The notes under the pieces are model-generated. The model saw only the letters and a program-made list of their open reading frames with translations. It was not told the origin of the DNA and searched no databases. From assembly GCA_963422375.2 (NCBI GenBank), contig CAXXKD010000001.1:64001-128000 (forward strand): a DNA stretch of 64,000 bases, in the 5' to 3' direction. Each line of letters starts with the position of its first letter. Positions within the stretch are counted from its first letter, which is position 1. Shown in pieces: positions 18,861 to 27,371 of this stretch. The DNA is from Bryobacterales bacterium. GTDB taxonomy: Bacteria; Acidobacteriota; Terriglobia; Bryobacterales; UBA6623. The translations under genes and the position numbers were made by a program.

Positions 18861-19119
18861 TAGTGCTTGTGACAAGACCCCTGAATTCTGGCCCGATCAG
18901 CATTTCATACTACATTCTGATGTCGGATGGATCTCCAAACACAACATATAGGGCCCAAGGTCGCAAGTTGCTCAGCCGCCAATCGCGAAGATTTCCGCGC
19001 TCTACCCAGAATTGGCAGGATTTCGGACTAGTCGTAGCATTCGAGTGAAATCTTCGCCTTGAGAGATTGGACCTAACATCCTTGTTTTCAAGGGGATACG
19101 AGTTTTGTCACAGGCACTA
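18861..19119 (+). mobile_element. MITE copy 3 (259 bp)
   Basis: Colinear with copy 2 and the same length; TAGTTAG repeated across both junctions. Confidence 0.92.
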
Positions 19120-19149
19120 GTTAGGTGGTTGGAGAAGGCGAGGCGGGGC

Positions 19150-19643
19150 TAGCGGTGCATGATCGCGCCAGTCCGGGTGGAGTGGCTTGATGAAGATGTC
19201 CTTGACGGGGAGCGCGGGTCGCTTGCGGTTGTCGAGCTTTCCGAGGCCCCGGGTGCGGCCGACGTGGATCCAGTTGGCGGCGCGGTAGCAGGTGCCGCGG
19301 AAGCGGCCGCCCTCGCAGAGGGTCTCCAGCAGCACGGGCGCAGGCGGTAGCGCTTGAACCAGTCCGAAGGCAGGTGCCGGGCGACGAGGGCCAGCACGTG
19401 CGTGGCGAGGCGGGGCACGCCCGCGCGGAGCAGGATCAGGTAGCCAACGCGGTCGCCCACCAGCGGCCGGTTGCGCTGGCGGGTCTGCGGCGAGCAGCCG
19501 ACCAACCGGTCGCGGGGCCGGTCTTCCAAGCCGCCGCGCCGAAGCCCGGCAGGGCCGCGGGCGTGCCGTCGGCCGCGCGGGCGAAGTTCCGCGGCTGGGG
19601 CCGCGGCCAAGGGAGCGAAGCCCAAGGAATGGTAGTGCTGGAC
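19150..19643 (-). pseudogene. DUF4338 domain gene fragment, frameshifted
   Basis: Pieces in different frames: QHYHSLGFAPL, RDRLVGCSPQTRQRN, VLLETLCEGGRFRGTCYRAANWIHVGRTRGLGKLD...PVKDIFIKPL. Confidence 0.8.
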
Positions 19644-19989
19644 TTCCTCCAACATAGATTCGCGGAATCTCTCCGAGGACCGCGTCAAGCGCCTGAGTCT
19701 CGGAATCGAGGACCGAGCCTACCACGCGCTCTGGTGGCTATAGTACAGCTACTTGCAGAAGTGACAAGTCGACAAGGCTAGGGACCGGCTTGCGATCATC
19801 GAGGCGGATGTGGCCGGGACAGGGTCGCGCGATGCGCGTAGCCGCCACGCATACCTGCGCTCGCACTTCCTTGTCGAGACCCAGCGCTGGTCTGTCGACT
19901 TGCGGCCCGTCGACGACGGCCTGGACCATCGGGCTTGGAGGGCGAACGCCCTTGCGGAGGGAATCCGAGCTGCCGAGACCGGGACTCCT
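19644..19989 (+). pseudogene. Diverged partial duplicate of the TPR gene segment 15552-15900
   Basis: Long shared blocks such as GCTTGCGATCATCGAGGCGGATGTGGCC and TACCTGCGCTCGCACTTCCTTGTCGAGACCCAGC; new in-frame TAG and TGA stops. Confidence 0.9.
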
Positions 19990-20126
19990 GGGCTCCACCG
20001 GCTGCGCCCAGCGGATGCGCCTGCCGTGGGGCGGCCCGGCAGCTCTCGTAGCGGGCGCGTGAAGTGCGGCGGCTCGAGGGTTGAATCGCCGCGGGGATCG
20101 TCGTAGATTGGAGGCGCGAGCTGGTT

Positions 20127-22412
20127 GTGCCGATACGCGCTCTTTCCTTGCTTCTGCTCGGACTCCTGACCCCCGGACTGCCGGGGTCGGACGTGTTCCA
20201 GTCCGAGATTCGGCCTGCCCTGGTGCAGTACTGCCACGCGTGCCACGCACCGGATTCGGACAACCGAATCCGTTTCCTCGAGGCCGAATCGATCACCGAC
20301 CTGTCGTCCGACCGCAGCCTGTGGCACAACGTGGCGATGCAGCTGCGTAACCGCACGATGCCGCCGACTGGCCCGCAGCCGCCCGAGAGCGACCGCCTTC
20401 GCATTGCCTCCTGGATCGACGGGACGCTTCGCTCGACGGCCTGCGACTCGGGAGAGTCCGCCGGTCCCGTGGTCGCGCGCCGACTCAATCGCGCCGAGTA
20501 CGAGAACACGGTGCGGGATCTCTTCGGAGTGCGGTTTGAGGTCGCCGAGCTATTCCCGGTGGACGGGTCGGGAGGGGAAGGCTTCGACAACAACGGCGAG
20601 ACGCTCTTCTTCTCCCCGCTGCTGGCCGAGCGCTACCTGGAGGTTGCCGACCGGATCCTGGGGCAAGTCGTGGTGACGCCGCCGCTCGGGCGGGCGTTCG
20701 TGGCCCGGGATCTGCTTCCGGGGCGGGAGGCCGACGAGCACGGGTCGATCGAGATGGAAGCGGGGCAGTCCGTCAGTCGCGCCGTCTCGTTCTACGAGGC
20801 CGGGGACTACCGGGTCAGCGCATGGATTCGCTCCCCGCCTCCCGACGAGAATCCGGAAGCGGCGATCTTGGTCGACGGGGCCGAGGCGGGCACGTTGCGG
20901 TTCAGCTGGTCCGCCGCCCAGGCCGCCTCCAGCAGCGCGACGGTGGCGATCGCCAGCGGCGAACACGAATTGTCCTTGGCGGTCGAGGCGGGCAGCCCGC
21001 CGCTGCGCTTGGTCTCCCTGGACATCGATCACCGGCGGCAGGAGCCGGACAGGTCGCGGCTCGCCGCCCATTTCCGGCTGTTCGGCAGCGAACCGGGGCG
21101 GGCGGTCATCGCTCCGCGCTCTGCAGCGGCGCGCCTCCTCCGAGGCTTCATTGCGCGCGCCTTCAGGCGGCCTGCGGCGGACGGGGAGGAGGAGCCGTTC
21201 CTCGCTCTCTTCGATCGAGCCATCGAGCGCGGCGAACCGTACGAGGCGGCCGTGCGCCTCGCGCTGAAGGCCGTCCTCGTGTCGTCCGACTTCCTCTTCC
21301 GCATGGAGGCTGCGCCGGATGGACCCGCGGCCCAGCCCCTGTCCGACCACGAGCTGGCGACCCGCCTTTCGTACTTCCTCTGGGGCACCATGCCCGATGC
21401 TCGCTTGCGCTATCTCGCGGACGCCGGACGCCTGTCGAATGACGACGTTCTCGCGGTCCAGGTCGAACGGCTGCTGGACCATCCCCGGTCGGTCTTCTTC
21501 GCTCGGACGTTCATGGGGCAGTGGCTCGGAACCAAGGACGTTGGCGGCCGCGTGGCGCCCACTCTGAACGAGATCCAGCACTTCTACACCCCTTTGATCG
21601 CGGCCGACATGCGCGAGGAACCGGTGCTGCTGTTCCAGAGGATGCTGGCCGAGGACCGCAGCCTCCTGGAGTTCGTCAGCGCCGACTACACCTACCTGAC
21701 GGAGCGGCTCGCGCGACACTACGGCATGCCCGACGCGGTGCGCGGCAACGAGTTCCAGCTGGTTTCCACGTCGGGCGGCCGTCGCGGCGGGCTGCTCGGC
21801 CTCGGCGCGGTCCAGGCGATGAATGCGGGCTACAAGCGCAGCAGCCCGGTCCTGCGCGGCGTGTGGGCGCTCGATGTTCTGCTGGGCACCAGGCTTCCGG
21901 CGCCTCCCCCGGACGTTCCCTCGCTCGACACCGAGGACAAGGCGGAGCGGAAGCGAACGGCGCGCGAGATGCTCGGCGAGCACCGTGCGAATCCTGCCTG
22001 CGCCGCCTGCCACGACGTGATCGATCCCATCGGATTCGGGCTCGAGAACTACGACTGGCTGGGGCGCTGGCGCGACGTCGACGAGGACGGGAGCCCAGTC
22101 GACGCGTCCGGCGTGCTGCCGTCCGGAGAGTCGTTCGACGGACCGGCGGGCCTGCGCGGGGTGCTGCTCGGGCGCCAGGACCAGCTTTTGCGGCATGTCG
22201 CTCGCAAGCTGTTCGGATACGCGCTGGGGCGCAGCGTCGTGGACCGGGACCACTGCGTGATCGAGAGCGTCGTCAGGAAGGTCAAGGCGTCGAATTACGG
22301 CGCGAGGTCGCTCGTGAGCGAGATCGTGCTGAGCAAGCCGTTCCGCTACGTCCAGGCGGACTCCGAGGACTCGCGCCCGGAGGGATTCCGAGCGGAGCGC
22401 GGGGAACCGTAG
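20127..22412 (+). CDS. DUF1592/DUF1588/DUF1587/DUF1595/DUF1585 multi-domain protein with CXXCH motifs
   Basis: CHACH, RRLNRAEYENTVRDL, ELATRLSYFLW, SPVLRGVW, CAACHDVIDPIGFGLENYD. Confidence 0.92.
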   Translation: MPIRALSLLLLGLLTPGLPGSDVFQSEIRPALVQYCHACHAPDSDNRIRFLEAESITDLSSDRSLWHNVAMQLRNRTMPPTGPQPPESDRLRIASWIDGTLRSTACDSGESAGPVVARRLNRAEYENTVRDLFGVRFEVAELFPVDGSGGEGFDNNGETLFFSPLLAERYLEVADRILGQVVVTPPLGRAFVARDLLPGREADEHGSIEMEAGQSVSRAVSFYEAGDYRVSAWIRSPPPDENPEAAILVDGAEAGTLRFSWSAAQAASSSATVAIASGEHELSLAVEAGSPPLRLVSLDIDHRRQEPDRSRLAAHFRLFGSEPGRAVIAPRSAAARLLRGFIARAFRRPAADGEEEPFLALFDRAIERGEPYEAAVRLALKAVLVSSDFLFRMEAAPDGPAAQPLSDHELATRLSYFLWGTMPDARLRYLADAGRLSNDDVLAVQVERLLDHPRSVFFARTFMGQWLGTKDVGGRVAPTLNEIQHFYTPLIAADMREEPVLLFQRMLAEDRSLLEFVSADYTYLTERLARHYGMPDAVRGNEFQLVSTSGGRRGGLLGLGAVQAMNAGYKRSSPVLRGVWALDVLLGTRLPAPPPDVPSLDTEDKAERKRTAREMLGEHRANPACAACHDVIDPIGFGLENYDWLGRWRDVDEDGSPVDASGVLPSGESFDGPAGLRGVLLGRQDQLLRHVARKLFGYALGRSVVDRDHCVIESVVRKVKASNYGARSLVSEIVLSKPFRYVQADSEDSRPEGFRAERGEP

Positions 22413-22498
22413 GCGACGACCATTGCGTCCCGCGCCGATCCGGAGTGAATCGGCCCGCCCGATTGTGCTAGCGTGATGGCGTCGCGGAGGTGTGATCG

Positions 22499-23842
22499 AT
22501 GCGTCAGCCGATATCTCGCAGGACGGTGCTGCGCGGTGCGGGCGTCAGCCTTGCCCTGCCGTGGCTCGAAGCGCTCGCCCCGGGAGCGACGAGCGGCTCG
22601 CGCAAGCTGGCCGAGCCGCCCTTGCGGGTCGCGTTCCTCTTCATGCCCTGCGGCGTGCGGCCCGACCACTGGTTCCCCGCGGGCGATGGCGAGGACTACG
22701 AGATCACCCCGCACCTGAAGCCGCTGGAGCCGCTGAAGAGCGAGTGCCTGCTGCTCGAGAACCTCTGGAACAAGAACGCCGTCGGGCGCAACGGGCACTG
22801 GGCGAAGGTGCCCGCGTGGCTCTCCGGAGGGTACGTCGAGCGTTCCACGGGACGGGACATCAACACGGGCGGGACCTCGGTCGACCAGGTCATCGCGGGT
22901 GCGATCGGGCAGCGCACGCCCCTGCCGTCGATCCATCTGGGCGTTGACGAACCGCGGACAGGCGTCGACAACATCGGCGGCGGCTTCGCCCGTATCGTCG
23001 GTTCGTACATCTCGTGGAGGGATCCGCACATCCCGGCCGCCAAGGAGATCGTGCCGCGGCTGGCGTTTGACCGGCTCTTCCGAGTCGGAGGCTCGGGGGC
23101 CGGCTCGGCGAGCCGTCGCGACGACGCGAGCGTGCTCGACGTGGTGCTCGACAAGGCCGCCTCGCTTCGCCGGCGCGGCAGCGCGAGGGACCGGCGGAAG
23201 CTGGACGAGTATTTCGAGTCCGTGCGGTCGGTCGAGTCGCGCATCCAGGCAGCCATGAGCTCCCAGCCGCGCTGGATCAACGAGGGCGACCTAGGCGTCG
23301 TGCGGCCGGCGGAGGGCCTTCCCGCCTCGCACGAGGAGCACGTGCGGCTGATGCTCGATATCCTGCTCCTCGCCTTCTGGACGGACACGACCAGAGTCGC
23401 CACCTTCATGTACGGCGATGCCCAGACGGGCCGGGACTTTTCCTTCCTGGACGGCGTGAACGGCAGCTTTCACGCCATCTCCCATCACCGCAACGAGCCC
23501 GAGCGTCGCGCGATGTACGAGACGATCATCAACTGGCACGTCCGGCAGACCGCGTACTTCCTTCACAGGATGCGGTCGCTCGACGAGGGCGGCTCCTCGC
23601 TGCTCGACAATTCCATGGTCATGTTCGGCTCCTCGCTGCGCGACGGGAATGTCCACGACCCGTCGAACCTGCCGCTGCTGCTGGCGGGGCGCGCCAAGGG
23701 CGCGATCCGGCCCGGTCGCAGGCTGCGCGCCAGGCCCGACACGCCGCTCTGCAACCTGTACCTCGCCATGATGCACCACATGGGCGTGCGAGACCCGGCG
23801 GCGTTCGGCGACAGCACCGATCCGCTGGTCGGCTTGGCCTAG
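22499..23842 (+). CDS. DUF1552 domain protein (Tat-exported)
   Basis: SRRTVLRGAGVSLALPWLEA, AFWTDTTRVATFM, PLCNLYLAM, FGDST. Confidence 0.92.
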   Translation: MRQPISRRTVLRGAGVSLALPWLEALAPGATSGSRKLAEPPLRVAFLFMPCGVRPDHWFPAGDGEDYEITPHLKPLEPLKSECLLLENLWNKNAVGRNGHWAKVPAWLSGGYVERSTGRDINTGGTSVDQVIAGAIGQRTPLPSIHLGVDEPRTGVDNIGGGFARIVGSYISWRDPHIPAAKEIVPRLAFDRLFRVGGSGAGSASRRDDASVLDVVLDKAASLRRRGSARDRRKLDEYFESVRSVESRIQAAMSSQPRWINEGDLGVVRPAEGLPASHEEHVRLMLDILLLAFWTDTTRVATFMYGDAQTGRDFSFLDGVNGSFHAISHHRNEPERRAMYETIINWHVRQTAYFLHRMRSLDEGGSSLLDNSMVMFGSSLRDGNVHDPSNLPLLLAGRAKGAIRPGRRLRARPDTPLCNLYLAMMHHMGVRDPAAFGDSTDPLVGLA

Positions 23843-24978
23843 ACGGCCCGGCGCGGAGCCGCGCCTTGCAGGAGCGCCTCGTAGAGGGCGAGATACTTCG
23901 GGACCACCGACTCGCTCCCGAAGCGCGTTACGGCGGACGCGCGCGCTGCCGCCTTCATCGCCCGCATCCTGTCCGGCTTCCGGAGGGCCGAGACCGCGAC
24001 GTCGGCCATGGCGTCGATGTCGCCCACCGCGACCAGAAAGCCGTCCAGGCCGTCCGTGATCACTTCCGGGACACCTCCGACCCGCGTCGCGATGGGGACG
24101 GCTTCGCAGGCCATGGCCTCCAGTGCGGCCAGGCCGAAGGACTCGATCTCGCTCGGCAGCAGGAGCAGGTCGGTAATCCCCAGCAAGGGCGCTACGCTCT
24201 TCCGCTTCCCGAGGAACTGCACCCGGCTCCCCAGGCGCAGCTCGGCGGCCAGTCTCTCGGCTGCCTGCCGGTCGGGCCCGTCGCCGATCATGAGCAGGCG
24301 GGAAGGCACCTCGCGCGCGATCCGCTCGAACGCTCGCACGCAGTCGAGAACCCGCTTGACCGGCCGGAAGTTCGACAGGTGGGTGACCAGCTTCTCGCCG
24401 GGCTCCGCGTAGCGGGCGCGCAGCGCCGGGTCGTCGAGCGGGCGGTAGATCGAGCCGTTGACGAAGTTCGGGATGACCTCGATCGGCCGGTCGACCCCGA
24501 AGACCCGGTAGACCTCGGCCCGCAGGTGCCCGCTGATGCAGGTCACGGCCGGGCTCCTCGCGATCGCGAAGCGCGTGATCGGCAGGTAGGAGGACTCCGC
24601 TCCCACGAGCGTCACGTCCGTGCCGTGCAGGGTCGTGATGAACGGCAGCCGCTCGCCCAGCATTTGCGACGCCAGCATGGCGCTCACCGAGTGCGGGATC
24701 GCGTAGTGCACGTGCAGCAGGTCGAGCCGCGCGCTGCGAGCGACCTCGGCCATGCGCGAGGCGAGGGCCAGGCTGTAGGGCGGGTACTGGAACAGCGGAT
24801 AGCTGCCGACCTCGACCTCGTGGTACCAGACTCCCGGCGTGTCGTCGGCCAGGCGGATCGGGTTCGCGTAGGTGACGAAATGGACGTGGTGCCCGCGCTG
24901 GGCCAGCTCCATGCCGATCTCGGTGGCCACGACCCCGCTGCCGCCGTAGGTGGGGTAGCATGTGATGCCGATCTTCAT
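23839..24978 (-). CDS. bshA: N-acetyl-alpha-D-glucosaminyl L-malate synthase (GT4)
   Basis: MKIGITCYPTYGGSGVVATE, LLHVHYAIPH, ITTLHGTDVTLVG, HLSNFRPVKR, ESFGLAALEAMAC. Confidence 0.95.
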   Translation of the reverse strand: MKIGITCYPTYGGSGVVATEIGMELAQRGHHVHFVTYANPIRLADDTPGVWYHEVEVGSYPLFQYPPYSLALASRMAEVARSARLDLLHVHYAIPHSVSAMLASQMLGERLPFITTLHGTDVTLVGAESSYLPITRFAIARSPAVTCISGHLRAEVYRVFGVDRPIEVIPNFVNGSIYRPLDDPALRARYAEPGEKLVTHLSNFRPVKRVLDCVRAFERIAREVPSRLLMIGDGPDRQAAERLAAELRLGSRVQFLGKRKSVAPLLGITDLLLLPSEIESFGLAALEAMACEAVPIATRVGGVPEVITDGLDGFLVAVGDIDAMADVAVSALRKPDRMRAMKAAARASAVTRFGSESVVPKYLALYEALLQGAAPRRAV

Positions 24979-25026
24979 GCGCGTCCGCCGTGCCGGTCGG
25001 AGCCGGGCGTCTGGAATACTGGGCGA

Positions 25027-26469
25027 ATGTCCGAGCGCCGGCCCAACATCGTTCTCATCATCACCGATCAGCAGCGCTTCGACACCATTCGCGAGCTCGG
25101 CTACCCCTACGCGGACACTCCCCACTTGGACCGGCTGGTCCGCGAGGGGGTCACCTTCACGAACTGCCACGTGCCCGCCGCCTCGTGCGCCCCCTGCCGC
25201 GCCAGCCTGTTCACGGGCCAGTATCCCCACACCCACGGAGTGCTGCGCAACGGCGACCGCTGGCGGCACAGCTGGGTCGAGCATCTCAAGCGCGCCGGCT
25301 ACAACACGATCAACATCGGCAAGATGCACACGTTCCCGTACAACGAACTCTTCGGGTTCCGGCAGCGCTACACGGTCGAGAACAAGGACCGCCATCTCGA
25401 GGGCCGCCATTTCTTCGACGAGTGGGACAAGGCGCTGCGGGCGCGGGGGCTGCGCAAGCCGGGCCGCCTGACCTACCGAGACCTGCGGGACTATCGCGAG
25501 CGCCTCGGCGCGTTCGAGTGGCCCATCGACGAGGAGATGCATCCCGACACGTTCGTCGGCGGCCTTGCGACGTGGTGGCTCCGGAGCTATCCGAAGACGG
25601 AGCCCCTGTTTCTGGAGATCGGCTTTCCGGGACCGCATCCCCCGTACGATCCGCCCGCGAGGTACGCGGAGCCGTACCTGCGGCGAGAGCTGCCCCTCCT
25701 AGATGTCACCCAGGAGGAGCTTGACGGCCAGCCCGAGGCGTATCGCGGCATGATCCAGCACAACTGCGAGGTCGATCACGACTCGGTGGTGCATCAGTGG
25801 CATCCGTCCCGGGAGGCGAGGCACCGCCAGCGGGCGCACTACCTAGGCAACGTGACGCTGATCGACGAGCAGGTCGGCCGGATCATGCGGACCCTTGAAT
25901 CGACGGGTTACCTGCGCAACTCGGTCGTGATCTTCACCTCGGACCACGGCGACTGCCTCACCGATCACGGTCACAGCCAGAAATGGACCATGTACGACCT
26001 CGTCACCCGGATGCCGGTCATCGTATGGTCTCCGGAGCGGTTCGCGGGCGGGCGCAGGCTGGACAGTCTCTGCTCGCTGCTGGATCTCGGGCCGACGGTC
26101 CTGGAACTGGCCGGCCTCGAGCCGCCGGGCAAGATGGAGGCGGACTCCCTGGTGGAAGCCCTGCGGGGCCGGCCTTGGGAGGGTCGCGAGTACGTCTACT
26201 GCGAGTCCGCCCGCGACGTGAACTTCACGACCAACGACTTCCAGACGATGATCCGCAGCCGGGACTGGAAGCTGGTGCATTTTCTCGACTCCGTCGACGG
26301 GCAGCTGTTTGACCTTGCCGCCGACCCGGACGAGGTGCGGAACCTCTGGGAGGACCCGTCCGCCCGGGAGAAGAAGAGGGAACTGCTGGACGCGCTGCTG
26401 GCGTGGCGCATTCGCAGCCAGTGCGACAGCGCAGGGTGGGAGTTCGAGTATCTCGACCCCTCGCCCTGA
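25027..26469 (+). CDS. Cys-type sulfatase, no evident signal peptide
   Basis: RPNIVLIITDQQR, CAPCRASLFTGQY (CxPxR), GKMH, FTSDHGD. Confidence 0.92.
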   Translation: MSERRPNIVLIITDQQRFDTIRELGYPYADTPHLDRLVREGVTFTNCHVPAASCAPCRASLFTGQYPHTHGVLRNGDRWRHSWVEHLKRAGYNTINIGKMHTFPYNELFGFRQRYTVENKDRHLEGRHFFDEWDKALRARGLRKPGRLTYRDLRDYRERLGAFEWPIDEEMHPDTFVGGLATWWLRSYPKTEPLFLEIGFPGPHPPYDPPARYAEPYLRRELPLLDVTQEELDGQPEAYRGMIQHNCEVDHDSVVHQWHPSREARHRQRAHYLGNVTLIDEQVGRIMRTLESTGYLRNSVVIFTSDHGDCLTDHGHSQKWTMYDLVTRMPVIVWSPERFAGGRRLDSLCSLLDLGPTVLELAGLEPPGKMEADSLVEALRGRPWEGREYVYCESARDVNFTTNDFQTMIRSRDWKLVHFLDSVDGQLFDLAADPDEVRNLWEDPSAREKKRELLDALLAWRIRSQCDSAGWEFEYLDPSP

Positions 26470-26507
26470 CCGCCCCGACGGTGCCGCTGCGTCGTAAACT
26501 GGAACCG

Positions 26508-27326
26508 ATGGAAGACGGGGCCGGGCTCACGCTCGGAATCATCGGTGTCGGGAATCTCGGCGGCGCGCTGGCCGAGGGCGCGCTCGCGGCCGGAGCCGTT
26601 GCCAAGGTGGTCGCCGCGGACATTTCGCGCCAGCGCTTGGACGACCTAGGCGAGCGGATCGGGGCGTCCTTCTCGATTGCCGGAGCCGCCGAGACCGCGG
26701 CGGTCTCCGACTTGGTCGTGGCGGCGGTCAAGCCTCACGTGCTGCCCGCCGTGCTCGAGGACGTGAACGACTCGCTGCCCGCGGACCGCCTGTTCGTTTC
26801 GGTGGCGGCCGGCGTGCCGATCGCCCGCATCGAGGAGGGCTTGGGGCCCGAGCGGCCCGTGCTCCGCGCCATGCCGAACCTGGCCATGCTGGCGCGGGCG
26901 AGCGCGACTGCGATCTGCTTCAACCGCAACGTCACCCACCACCATGTGCAGACGGCAGAATCGGTCTTCCGCTCCGTCGGCGAGGTGGTCCGCGTCGAGG
27001 AGGTCCAGATGCACGCGGTCACCGGGCTCACGGGGAGCGGCCCTGCGTACGTGAGCCTGCTGGTCGAGGGACTCGTCGGCGGCGCGGTGAGCAAGGGGCT
27101 CCAGCCGAAGCTGGCCCGTACCTTGGCGTGCCAGCTGCTGTACGGCACGGCCAAGCTGCTGAAGGAAACCGGCCAGCATCCCGCGGTGCTCGTTGATCAG
27201 GTCACCACGCCCGGCGGGACGACGATCGCGGGCCTCAGGGAACTGGAGATGCACGGGGTTCGCGGCGCTCTGGTTGCCGCTGTCGAGGCCGCCAGCGAGC
27301 GCTCGGAGGAACTCGCGGAGCGCTAG
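26508..27326 (+). CDS. proC: Pyrroline-5-carboxylate reductase
   Basis: GIIGVGNLG, AVKP, RAMPN, TGLTGSGPAY, VTTPGGTTIAGL. Confidence 0.95.
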   Translation: MEDGAGLTLGIIGVGNLGGALAEGALAAGAVAKVVAADISRQRLDDLGERIGASFSIAGAAETAAVSDLVVAAVKPHVLPAVLEDVNDSLPADRLFVSVAAGVPIARIEEGLGPERPVLRAMPNLAMLARASATAICFNRNVTHHHVQTAESVFRSVGEVVRVEEVQMHAVTGLTGSGPAYVSLLVEGLVGGAVSKGLQPKLARTLACQLLYGTAKLLKETGQHPAVLVDQVTTPGGTTIAGLRELEMHGVRGALVAAVEAASERSEELAER

Positions 27327-27371
27327 CCTCCTGGCCCCGGCCGGCGCGCTCGCTCGGGCGCCAACGGAGTG

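Noticed and set aside
15552..19989. Possible diversity-generating retroelement (repeat pair, plus a CLec-fold FGE-like gene in the window)
   Set aside because: No reverse transcriptase in the window, mismatches are not adenine-restricted, and the repeat does not involve the FGE-like gene.
20550..22253. Long antisense or alternative-frame ORFs (also 1426-2625, 23291-24961, 61981-63564 and the long 5' extensions of bshA, sulfatase, uxaE, eno and TPR ORFs)
   Set aside because: Arg/Pro/Ala-rich shadow frames expected in high-GC coding DNA; each overlaps a well-supported gene.
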